Assembly (NCBI RefSeq): GCF_046292825.1
Contig: NZ_JBKBQG010000017.1
Coordinates: 7,972-71,971 of the forward strand
Length of the DNA stretch: 64,000 nucleotides
Reading direction: 5' to 3'
Source of the DNA: Salinarimonas sp.
Lineage (GTDB): Bacteria; Pseudomonadota; Alphaproteobacteria; Rhizobiales; Beijerinckiaceae
Under the pieces are notes generated by a model that saw nothing but the letters and a program-made list of their open reading frames with translations, was not told the DNA's origin and ran no database searches. A program made the translations under genes and the position numbers. Shown here piece after piece: positions 43,537 to 51,826 of the stretch (its first letter is position 1; every line of letters starts with the position of its first letter).

Positions 43537-45012
43537 ATGGCCGACACGGCAGCACCGAAGCCCGGCAGCACGACCGACGAGATCCCCATCGAGGCGCCTC
43601 TCTACGAGAAGCGGCGCCAGCTCTTCGTGCAGAGCGTGAAGGGCCGCTACCGCTCGATCAAGTGGGCGGTGCTCGTGCTCACGCTCGGCGTGTACTATCT
43701 CCTGCCCTTCGTGCGCTGGGATCGGGGGCCGAACGCGCCCGACCAGGCGGTGCTGATCGATTTCCCGGCGCGGCGCTTCTATTTCTTCTTCATCGAGATC
43801 TGGCCGCAGGAGGTCTATTACCTCACCGGCCTCCTCGTGCTCGCCGCCTTCGTGCTCTTCCTCATGAACGCGCTCGCGGGCCGCGTCTGGTGCGGCTATC
43901 TGTGCCCGCAGACGGTCTGGACGGACCTCTTCCTCGCCGTCGAGCGCTTCTTCGAGGGCGATCGGCGCGAGCGCACGAAGCTCTACCAGGGCCGCTGGAC
44001 CGGCAACCGCATCGCCCGTACCGGCGGCAAGCACTTCGTCTGGCTGATGATCGCCTGGTGGACCGGCGGCGCCTGGGTGCTCTATTTCGCCGACGCGCCG
44101 ACCCTGGTGTGGCAGCTCGCGACCCTGCAGGCGCCCCTCATCGCCTACATCTGGATCGGCATCCTCACCTTCACGACCTACGCGCTCGCGGGCTTCCTGC
44201 GCGAGCAGGTCTGCACCTACATGTGCCCCTGGCCGCGCATCCAGGCGGCGCTGACGGACGAGCACGCGCTCAACGTCACCTACAAGGTCGATCGCGGCGA
44301 GCCGCGCGTCTCGCTCAAGAAGAGCGTCGCCTTGCGGGAGACGGGCGAGAAGGTCGGCGATTGCGTCGACTGCAACCAGTGCGTCGCGGTCTGCCCGACG
44401 GGCGTCGACATCCGCGACGGGCTGCAGCTCGGCTGCGTGCAGTGCGGCCTGTGCATCGACGCCTGCAACAACGTCATGGACAAGATCGGCCGGCCGCAGG
44501 GGCTCATCGGCTACGATTCGGAGTACAATCTCGAGCGTCGCCTCGCCGGCGAGCCCGAGGAGAAGCCGAAGATCGTGCGCGCGCGCACCATCCTCTACGT
44601 CGTGCTGATCCTCGGCATCTCCGCCTTCATGGCCTTCCACCTCGCCACCCGCTCGACGCTCGACGTCGCGGCTCTGCACGACCGCAACCCGCTCTTCGTG
44701 CAGCTCTCCGACGGCTCGATCCGCAACGCCTACACGGTACGCCTCGCCAACAAGGCGCTCGAGGAGCGCGTGTTCACGCTCTCGCTGGACGGACTGCCGG
44801 CGGGCTTCGTGGAGGCGGTCGGCGCGGAGAACGTCTCCGCGCAGTCTCTCTCCGTCGCGGTCGGCCCGGCGCGGACCCGCGAGCTGCGCGTCCTCGTCAC
44901 GGTGCCGCGCGGCACCGACGGCCCCGCCTCGCGCGAGATCGTCTTCACGCTCGCCGCGCCGGAGGGCGAGAGCGCCTTCGTGCGCGACCACTTCATGATG
45001 CCGGCGAATTGA
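43537..45012 (+). CDS. ccoG: cytochrome c oxidase (cbb3) accessory protein CcoG/FixG
   Basis: RYRSIKW, GRVWCGYLCPQTVWTD, CTYMCPWPR and the ferredoxin motifs CVDCNQCVAVCP / CVQCGLCIDAC. Confidence 0.9.
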   Translation: MADTAAPKPGSTTDEIPIEAPLYEKRRQLFVQSVKGRYRSIKWAVLVLTLGVYYLLPFVRWDRGPNAPDQAVLIDFPARRFYFFFIEIWPQEVYYLTGLLVLAAFVLFLMNALAGRVWCGYLCPQTVWTDLFLAVERFFEGDRRERTKLYQGRWTGNRIARTGGKHFVWLMIAWWTGGAWVLYFADAPTLVWQLATLQAPLIAYIWIGILTFTTYALAGFLREQVCTYMCPWPRIQAALTDEHALNVTYKVDRGEPRVSLKKSVALRETGEKVGDCVDCNQCVAVCPTGVDIRDGLQLGCVQCGLCIDACNNVMDKIGRPQGLIGYDSEYNLERRLAGEPEEKPKIVRARTILYVVLILGISAFMAFHLATRSTLDVAALHDRNPLFVQLSDGSIRNAYTVRLANKALEERVFTLSLDGLPAGFVEAVGAENVSAQSLSVAVGPARTRELRVLVTVPRGTDGPASREIVFTLAAPEGESAFVRDHFMMPAN

Positions 45013-45028
45013 CAGGAGCAACCGGACG

Positions 45029-45550
45029 ATGTCCTCCCCCGCCTCGTCTTCCGATTACGTCCCCGGCGGCAAGCCGCTGACCGGCCGCAAGGTCCTGTTG
45101 ATCTTCCTCGCCTTCTTCGGCGTGATCTTCGCGATGAACTTCTTCCTCGTGAAGATCGCCGCCACGACCTTCCGTGGCCTGGAGACGGCGAGCTCGTATC
45201 AGCGCAGCCAGACCTTCAACGCCGAGCTCGCGGCGGTGGCCGCGCAGCGGTCGCGCGGTTGGGCGGTCGAAGCCCATGTCGGCCGCGGCGCGGACGGCGC
45301 CGTGCACGCGACCTACACGGTCCGCGATGCGGCCGGCGCCCCGATCGCCGGCCTCGTCGGCACCGCCCGCCTCGCCGCGCCCGCGAACGCGCAGCTCGAC
45401 GCGTCGGGCAGCGTCGTCGAGACCGCCTACGGCACCTACGAGGTCGTCTTCGCCGGCGATCCGGCGCCCGGCCGCTGGGATCTCGTCACCGTGCTCGAGC
45501 AGGACGGGATTCCCGTCTTCCGCTCCCGCAATCGCATCCTCGTCGACTGA
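45029..45550 (+). CDS. fixH: FixH family protein
   Basis: Single TM (LLIFLAFFGVIFAMNFFLV) followed by a periplasmic domain. Lies between fixG and fixI. Confidence 0.8.
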   Translation: MSSPASSSDYVPGGKPLTGRKVLLIFLAFFGVIFAMNFFLVKIAATTFRGLETASSYQRSQTFNAELAAVAAQRSRGWAVEAHVGRGADGAVHATYTVRDAAGAPIAGLVGTARLAAPANAQLDASGSVVETAYGTYEVVFAGDPAPGRWDLVTVLEQDGIPVFRSRNRILVD

Positions 45551-45571
45551 CAGCCAAGGACACCCCGTCTC

Positions 45572-47848
45572 GTGAGCGCTTCCCCCGCCGCTTCCGACCG
45601 CGTCGATTATTCCGCCTTCGTCACGCCCGGCCAGGACGGCCGCGGCCAGCTCGATCTCGCCATCGACGGCATCACCTGCGCCGCCTGCATCCGCGAGATC
45701 GAGGAGGGCGTCGCCGGCCTGCCCGGGCTCGCGACGGCACGCCTCAATTATTCGATGCGCCGCCTGCGCCTGACCCTCGACGGACAGGCCGTGGACCCGA
45801 CGCCCGTCGTCGAGCGGCTCGAGCGGCTCGGCTACCGCGCCTATCCCTTCACGACCTCGCGCGAGGAGGAGATCGAGGCGGCCGAGACGAAGGACCTGCT
45901 GAAGCGCCTCGGCGTCGCGGCCTTCGCGACCATGAACATCATGCTGCTCTCGGTGTCGATCTGGTCGGGCAACGTGTCCGACATCGATTCGGAGACGCGC
46001 GACCTCTTCCACTGGATCTCGGCGCTCATCGCGATCCCGACGGTCGCCTATTCCGGCCAGCCCTTCTTCCGCTCGGCGATCCGCTCGATCAAGGCGCGCG
46101 CGCTCGGCATGGACGTGCCGATCTCGATCGGCGTGACCCTGGCGGTGGGCATCTCCGTCTACGAGACGCTGCATTCGGCGACCCACGCCTATTTCGATTC
46201 GGCCGTGATGCTGCTCGCGTTCCTGCTCGCCGGGCGCGTGCTCGATCAGGCGATGCGCAAGCGCACCCGCGCGGTCGCGGGCAATCTCATCGCGCTGCGC
46301 GGCGACACGGCGCGGCGCGTCGATGCCGATGGCGGCATCACCGAGGTCCCGGTCCTCGCGATCAAGGCGGGGGACCGCGTCGCGGTGCGCCCCGGCGATC
46401 GGATCGCGATCGACGGCATCGTGGAGGAGGGCGCCTCGGAGGTCGATGCGAGCCTCGTCACCGGCGAGACGGCGCGCGAGCCCGTGGCGCGCGGCGCCCA
46501 GGTCCATTCGGGCACGCTCAACGTGACGGGCGCGCTCGTGGTGCGCGCGACCGCCGCCGCCGAGAGCTCGCTCGTCGCCGAGGTCAACAAGCTCCTCGAC
46601 GCCGCGCTCGTGCAGAAATCGGCCTATGTCCGCATCGCCGACCGCGCCGCCCAGCTCTATTCCCCCGTCGTCCACGCGACGGCGCTCCTGACCGCGATCG
46701 GCTGGGTGCTGTGGGGGGCGGACGTCCATTTCGCGGTGATCACGGCGGTGGCGGTGCTCATCATCACCTGCCCCTGCGCGCTCGGCCTCGCCGTGCCGGC
46801 GGTGCAGGTCGTCGTTTCGGGAGCGCTGTTCAAGGCGGGGGTTCTCGTCGGGGCGGGCGACGGCATCGAGCGGATCGCGGCCTGCGACACGGTCGTCCTC
46901 GACAAGACCGGCACGCTCACGACCCCCGAGGCGCGCATCGCCAACCGCGCGGGGCTCCCCGACGATCTCCTGCGCGACGCCGCCCGCCTCGCCCAGACCT
47001 CGAGCCACCCCCTCGCCAAGGCGCTCGGCCTGTCCCTGTCGCGCGAGGGGCTCGACACGAGCGCGCTCGCCGACGCGCGCGAGGAGCCGGGGCAGGGGGT
47101 CGAGGCGATGGTCGACGGCACCCGTCTGCGGCTCGGATCGCCCGCCTTCTGCGGGGCCGAGATCGAGGCCGCGATCGCGCTCGCGGAAGACCCGGACGCG
47201 ACCGCGATCGCGATCCGTCGCGGCGACCGCGTCGCGGTCGTGACGTTGCGCCAGACGCTCAAGGTCGACGCGGCCGAGACCGTCGCCGCCCTGAAGGCGC
47301 AGGGCCTGCACGTGATGATCGTCTCGGGCGATCGCGCGGGCCCCGTCGCGCGCGCGGCCTCCGCCGTCGGGATCGCCGATTGGCACGCCGGCGCCAAGCC
47401 CGCCGACAAGACGGCGATCATCGAGGCCCTGAAGGCGCAGGGGCGGCACGTGCTGATGGTCGGCGACGGCCTCAACGACGCGCCCGCGCTCGCCGCCGCT
47501 CACGCCTCGCTCTCGCCGATCTCGGCCTCGCACATCGCGCAGACCTGCGCCGACGCGATCGTGCTCGGCGAGCGCCTCGCGCCGGTGTCGGAGGCGGTGC
47601 GCCTGTCCCGGCGGGCGCTTCGGATCATGCGCGAGAATCTCTGGATCTCGACGATCTACAATCTGATCGCCGTGCCGATCGCGGTCGCGGGCTTCGTCAC
47701 GCCGTTGATCGCGGCGCTCGCGATGTCCGGCTCGTCGGTGATCGTGACGGTGAACGCGCTGCGCGCGCAGGGCGGCTCCGCCCCGGCGCCGACGCCCGCC
47801 CGCGCGGCACCGGCGCCCGCGCCACGTCTGAAGGAGGTGCGCCCGTGA
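45572..47848 (+). CDS. ccoI: copper-translocating P1B-type ATPase FixI/CcoI
   Basis: N-terminal HMA-like CAAC, transmembrane CPC (ITCPCALG), phosphorylation site DKTGTLT, and hinge GDGLNDAPAL. Confidence 0.9.
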   Translation: MSASPAASDRVDYSAFVTPGQDGRGQLDLAIDGITCAACIREIEEGVAGLPGLATARLNYSMRRLRLTLDGQAVDPTPVVERLERLGYRAYPFTTSREEEIEAAETKDLLKRLGVAAFATMNIMLLSVSIWSGNVSDIDSETRDLFHWISALIAIPTVAYSGQPFFRSAIRSIKARALGMDVPISIGVTLAVGISVYETLHSATHAYFDSAVMLLAFLLAGRVLDQAMRKRTRAVAGNLIALRGDTARRVDADGGITEVPVLAIKAGDRVAVRPGDRIAIDGIVEEGASEVDASLVTGETAREPVARGAQVHSGTLNVTGALVVRATAAAESSLVAEVNKLLDAALVQKSAYVRIADRAAQLYSPVVHATALLTAIGWVLWGADVHFAVITAVAVLIITCPCALGLAVPAVQVVVSGALFKAGVLVGAGDGIERIAACDTVVLDKTGTLTTPEARIANRAGLPDDLLRDAARLAQTSSHPLAKALGLSLSREGLDTSALADAREEPGQGVEAMVDGTRLRLGSPAFCGAEIEAAIALAEDPDATAIAIRRGDRVAVVTLRQTLKVDAAETVAALKAQGLHVMIVSGDRAGPVARAASAVGIADWHAGAKPADKTAIIEALKAQGRHVLMVGDGLNDAPALAAAHASLSPISASHIAQTCADAIVLGERLAPVSEAVRLSRRALRIMRENLWISTIYNLIAVPIAVAGFVTPLIAALAMSGSSVIVTVNALRAQGGSAPAPTPARAAPAPAPRLKEVRP

Positions 47849-48012
47849 ACGTGCTCGTCTATCTCCTGCCGGTCGCGCTCGGCCTCGGCTTCCTCGGCCT
47901 CGCCGCCTTCCTCTGGTCGATGCGCACGGGCCAATACGAGGATCTCGAGGGCGCGGCTTTGCGCGTCCTCGACGACGACGATCTGCCGGAGGGCCGCGAG
48001 CCCGATCGGTGA
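47845..48012 (+). CDS. ccoS: cbb3-type cytochrome oxidase assembly protein CcoS/FixS
   Basis: GTG overlapping the fixI stop, after aaggagg. VNVLVYLLPVALGLGFLGLAAFLWSMRTGQYEDLEGAA is the CcoS signature. Confidence 0.85.
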   Translation: MNVLVYLLPVALGLGFLGLAAFLWSMRTGQYEDLEGAALRVLDDDDLPEGREPDR

Positions 48013-48028
48013 GAATTCGGCGGCGCGC

Positions 48029-49036
48029 TCAGCCTGCGCTTGCCCCCTCCCAGAGCACCACCCCGTCGAAGGCGAAGACCGTCTCGCCGTGCTGGTTGAC
48101 GCCCTCGTTGCGCTGAAACACGAGCCCCCAGCCCGGGCGCGAGCCGCTCGGGCGGGTCTGGGTGATGGTGGAGGCGTAGGTGATCACGTCGCCGGCATAG
48201 ACGGGCCGCGTCCAGGCGAGATTGCGGAAGCCAGGCGAGGGGCCGAGCGCCGGAACGTGCAGGCCCGCTTCGCGCGCGGCCTCGGCGGCGCGGGTGCGAT
48301 GATCGACCATCGCCCGCATCCAGCCGGCGCCCGTATGCCAGCCCGACGCGCAGAGCTTGCCGAAATGGCTCGCGGCCGCCGCATCGGGATCGACGTGAAA
48401 GGGTTGCGGATCGAATTGCCGCGCATAGGCGACGATCTCGTCCGCCTCGAAGCGGCGCGCGCCCAGAACGACGCGCTCGCCGGGAACGAGCGCCTCGAAG
48501 GGCAGGAGCGGCGCGGCGGGGGAGGGGGCGGGCACGCGATCGGCGGGGGCGTGCGGCACGCTCGGTGCCGGCGGCTCGGCGCCGCGGCGGGCGAAGAGGA
48601 TCCAGTTCGTCTGCTCGAGGATGCGGGTGCCGGCATCGTCGTCGAGGTGGAAGCGGAAGCGCACGAGGCCGCGATCGGGCCGCGAGCGCGAGGCGCGGGT
48701 CTCGAGCACCTCGTGGCCGCCCGAGAGGACGGCGCCGGGCCGCAGCGGCGCCCGCCAGCGCACCTCCTCGATGCCCGGCGAGCCCATCGAGGCGGCGCGC
48801 AGGATGAAGCCGTCGGAGAGCATGCGCATCAGGAGCGCGCAGGTATGCCAGCCCGACGCGATCAGCCCGCCCGCCATGCTCGCCCGCCCCGCCTCCTCGT
48901 CGAGATGGAAGCCCTGCGGGTCGAACTCGCGCGCGAAGGCGACGATCTCCGCGCGGCTCACCGGGCGCGGCTCGTAGGAGAGCCGATCGCCGGGCCGGAA
49001 ATCCTCGAAATGGAGATCGGATGTCTCGCTTCCCAT
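48029..49036 (-). CDS. double MaoC-like (hot-dog fold) dehydratase protein
   Basis: Two tandem halves, each with FARxFDPQxFHxD...A...GLIASGWHT/KLCASGWHT MaoC-type motifs. Start MGSETSDLHFEDF. Confidence 0.75.
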   Translation of the reverse strand: MGSETSDLHFEDFRPGDRLSYEPRPVSRAEIVAFAREFDPQGFHLDEEAGRASMAGGLIASGWHTCALLMRMLSDGFILRAASMGSPGIEEVRWRAPLRPGAVLSGGHEVLETRASRSRPDRGLVRFRFHLDDDAGTRILEQTNWILFARRGAEPPAPSVPHAPADRVPAPSPAAPLLPFEALVPGERVVLGARRFEADEIVAYARQFDPQPFHVDPDAAAASHFGKLCASGWHTGAGWMRAMVDHRTRAAEAAREAGLHVPALGPSPGFRNLAWTRPVYAGDVITYASTITQTRPSGSRPGWGLVFQRNEGVNQHGETVFAFDGVVLWEGASAG

Positions 49037-49107
49037 CGCGCGCTCGCCTCGTCTGGTGTCCGGCGGCGACCTTAGGCGAAGAGGAGGGCGCCGGGGAGTG
49101 CGCGGAA

Positions 49108-49552
49108 TCCCTCCCGGAGGGGAGGGTGGACACGCGAGGGGAGCGAGCGTGGCCGGATAGAGATTTTCCTTCATGCGCCGGGCCCCACCCGACCCCTGTC
49201 GCTTCGCTCCAGGGGCCACCCTCCCCTGCGGGGAGGGAGGGGCGCGCGCATCCCTCCCCGGAGGGGAGGGTGGACTTGCGAGGCGAAGCCGAGAAAGGCC
49301 GGGTGGGGCCCGGGTGGAGGATTATCCTCCAAGTGTCGGGCCCCACCCGACCCCTGTCGCTCCGCTCCAGGGGCCACCCTCCCCTACGGGGAGGGAGGGG
49401 CGCGAAATCCCTCCCCGTAGGGGAGGGTGGACTTGCGAGGCGATAGCCGAGAAAGGCCGGGTGGGGCCCGGGTGGAGAATTCGCGTCGAGCCACGGGCCC
49501 CACCCGACCCCTGTCGCTTTCGCTCCAGGGGCCACCCTCCCCTGCGGGGAGG
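49108..49552. repeat. family C repeat, three tandem copies (C4 49108-49237, C5 49251-49397, C6 49408-49552)
   Basis: Three successive units read directly, separated by 10-13 bp linkers. They lie between the MaoC-like gene start and the amtB stop. Confidence 0.85.
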
Positions 49553-49616
49553 GATGAACGGAAAACGCCGCGCCCGGGGGGGGGCGGCGGCTCGATGTTT
49601 GCAATTCCGGTTCGGA

Positions 49617-50978
49617 TCAGGCGCGGCCGGCGCCGGCGAACTCGGGATAGGCCTCCACACCGACCTCGTGCTTGTCGAGGCCGACGCGCTCCTCTTCCTT
49701 GGAGACGCGCACGCCCATCGTGAGCTTCAGCGCGTACCAGACGATGGCGGACGCGACGACCGTGAAGGCGCCGTAGGCGAGAACGCCGATCGCCTGCACG
49801 CTGAAATACGTGTCGGCGTTCGAGATCGGAACCGCCATCGTGCCCCAGATGCCGGCGAAGAGGTGGACCGGGATCGCGCCGACCACGTCGTCGATCTTCA
49901 GCTTGTCGAGGAGCGGCACCGCGAAGACCACGATCGCGCCGCCGATCGCGCCGACGAAGATCGCGACCGGCACGGACGGCGCCAGCGGCTCGGCGGTGAT
50001 CGCGACGAGGCCCGCGAGCGCGCCGTTGAGCGCGATGGTCAGGTCGACCTTCTTGTAGATCGCCTGGCAGAGCAGCATCGCGGTGACGACGCCCGCCGCC
50101 GCGGCGAGGTTGGTGTTGACGAAGATGCGGGCGACGGACGAGGCGTCCTCGATCGTGCCCATCGCGAGCTGCGAGCCGCCGTTGAAGCCGAACCAGCCGA
50201 GCCACAGGATGAAGGTGCCGAGCGTGGCGAGCGGCATCGAGGAACCCGGCAGCGGGTTGACGCGGCCTTCCGCCGAGTACTTGTCGGCACGCGCGCCGAT
50301 GATGAGCGCGCCGGTGAGCGCCGCCCAGCCGCCGACCGAGTGCACCAGCGTCGAGCCGGCGAAATCGGAGAAGCCCATCTCGTAGAGCCAGCCCTCGCCC
50401 CACTGCCAGGAGCCGGTGATCGGGTAGAGCACGCCCGTCAGGATCGCGACGAAGATGAGGAACGGCCACAGCTTCGTGCGCTCGGCGATGGTGCCGGACA
50501 CGATCGAGGCGGTGGTCGCGGCGAACACCATCTGGAAGAACCAGTCGGAAGCCGCGGCGTAATCGCCCGTGTCGAGCGCCGGATCGGGAATGTCCTTCGG
50601 GATCGGCGTGCCGAAGAAGCCGCCGCCGACGCCCTCGTACATGAGGTTGTAGCCGATCACCCAGAACATCAGGCCCGCGATCGAATAGAGGGCGATGTTC
50701 TTCAGGCACTGCATGGAGACGTTCTTCGAGCGCACCATGCCGGCCTCGAGCATGGCGAAGCCCGCGGCCATCCACATCACGAGGAAGCCGCCGATGAGGA
50801 AGAGGAGCGTGTTGAAGACGAACTGGCCGTCGGCCGGCACGGCGGTCGACGCGGCGACCTCGACGGCCTCCTCGACGACCTCGGCGCCCGGAACGACGTC
50901 CTGGGCGACGGCCGCCGTGGCGAGGATCGCGAGGGCGGCGGTCGCGCCGATCGCCCGAGTCAGGATGGAAGACGACAT
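49617..50978 (-). CDS. amtB: ammonium transporter AmtB (with signal peptide)
   Basis: Start MSSSILTRAIGATAALAILATAAVA. Motifs AGFAMLEAGMVRSKN, DFAGSTLVHSVGGWAAL and GAIPVHLFAGIWG. Confidence 0.9.
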   Translation of the reverse strand: MSSSILTRAIGATAALAILATAAVAQDVVPGAEVVEEAVEVAASTAVPADGQFVFNTLLFLIGGFLVMWMAAGFAMLEAGMVRSKNVSMQCLKNIALYSIAGLMFWVIGYNLMYEGVGGGFFGTPIPKDIPDPALDTGDYAAASDWFFQMVFAATTASIVSGTIAERTKLWPFLIFVAILTGVLYPITGSWQWGEGWLYEMGFSDFAGSTLVHSVGGWAALTGALIIGARADKYSAEGRVNPLPGSSMPLATLGTFILWLGWFGFNGGSQLAMGTIEDASSVARIFVNTNLAAAAGVVTAMLLCQAIYKKVDLTIALNGALAGLVAITAEPLAPSVPVAIFVGAIGGAIVVFAVPLLDKLKIDDVVGAIPVHLFAGIWGTMAVPISNADTYFSVQAIGVLAYGAFTVVASAIVWYALKLTMGVRVSKEEERVGLDKHEVGVEAYPEFAGAGRA

Positions 50979-51016
50979 GCGAAAACTCCTGCGATGGTTC
51001 GGGGCGAGCGGGCGCG

Positions 51017-51355
51017 TCAGAGCGCGTCCGCGTCGGTCTCGCCGGTGCGGATCCGGACCGCCTTCTCCAGCGGCATGACGAAGATCTTGCCGTCGCCGAT
51101 CTGGCCGGTGCGGGCGGCAGCCGCGATCGCCTCGACGGCGGGCGCGACGAGATCGGCGGAGACCGCGACCTCGATCTTGATCTTCGGCAGGAAGCTCACG
51201 GCGTATTCGGCGCCGCGATAGATCTCCGTGTGTCCCTTCTGCCGACCGTAACCTTTGACCTCGGTGACGGTCAGGCCGTGCACGCCGAGAGCGGTGAGCG
51301 CGTCGCGCACCTCCTCGAGCTTGAACGGCTTGATCACAGCCATCACGATCTTCAT
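51017..51355 (-). CDS. glnK: nitrogen regulatory protein P-II (GlnK)
   Basis: MKIVMAVIKPFKLEEVRDAL...GYGRQKGHTEIYRGAEY (T-loop Tyr51)...GDGKIFV. 112 aa, directly upstream of amtB. Confidence 0.95.
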   Translation of the reverse strand: MKIVMAVIKPFKLEEVRDALTALGVHGLTVTEVKGYGRQKGHTEIYRGAEYAVSFLPKIKIEVAVSADLVAPAVEAIAAAARTGQIGDGKIFVMPLEKAVRIRTGETDADAL

Positions 51356-51454
51356 GGGCAAGCCCCCTTGCATGCCGACCTGCTCGACGCCTGTCGACCG
51401 GTTGCGCGAACCCGGGGCCGCGAGCGGACCCGTCGGGTGTCGGGCGGCTCCCAA

Positions 51455-51469
51455 TCAAAGGGCGTGCCA
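51455..51469 (-). promoter_or_regulatory. candidate sigma54 promoter for glnK-amtB (TGGCACG-N4-TTGA on the minus strand)
   Basis: The minus strand reads cTTGGCACGcccTTTGATt. The -24 element is perfect and the -12 element is TTGA instead of TTGC. About 100 nt upstream of the glnK ATG. Confidence 0.35.
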
Positions 51470-51826
51470 AGACCGGGGGGTTGGGTGAATAAATTGTTGC
51501 GACGCGAAAGCGAGAGCCCCGCGCCCATGGCTGCGCCTCGGCTCGGCCATGCGTGTTTCTCCTGATGCGCGACCCGGCTGACCGCTGGTTCAGGCCGGTG
51601 GAACGGCGCGCGATCGAGCAGAATGCACAAAGCACAGGCAATAACGATGCGGAGCGCCTCGCCTGCCTGCAAAGCGAGCAGATTCCGTGGCCCTCGCCGA
51701 TGCACCTCGTGCCCCGCTCGCCCGCGATCTTTCGCCAGGGCATCCGCACGAGCACGGATGCGCGCCCGTCGTGGTCCCGTCACGACGGGCCGCTAGGCCG
51801 GCTGTCGGGGAAGAAGGAGACGCGGG

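Noticed and set aside
49108-49552. Possible CRISPR array (regularly spaced repeats)
   Set aside because: The units are about 143 bp with 10-13 bp linkers and extensive internal palindromes. There are no 25-40 bp repeats alternating with unique spacers, and no cas genes in the window.
51357-51373. Sigma54-like motif GGCAAG-N5-TTGCA on the plus strand next to the glnK start. The same 15-mer ggcaagcccccttgc also occurs at 61574-61588.
   Set aside because: The GG-to-GC spacing is one nucleotide too long. The motif overlaps the glnK ribosome-binding region and points away from any nearby plus-strand gene. The second occurrence is a short GC-rich palindrome, most simply explained by chance.
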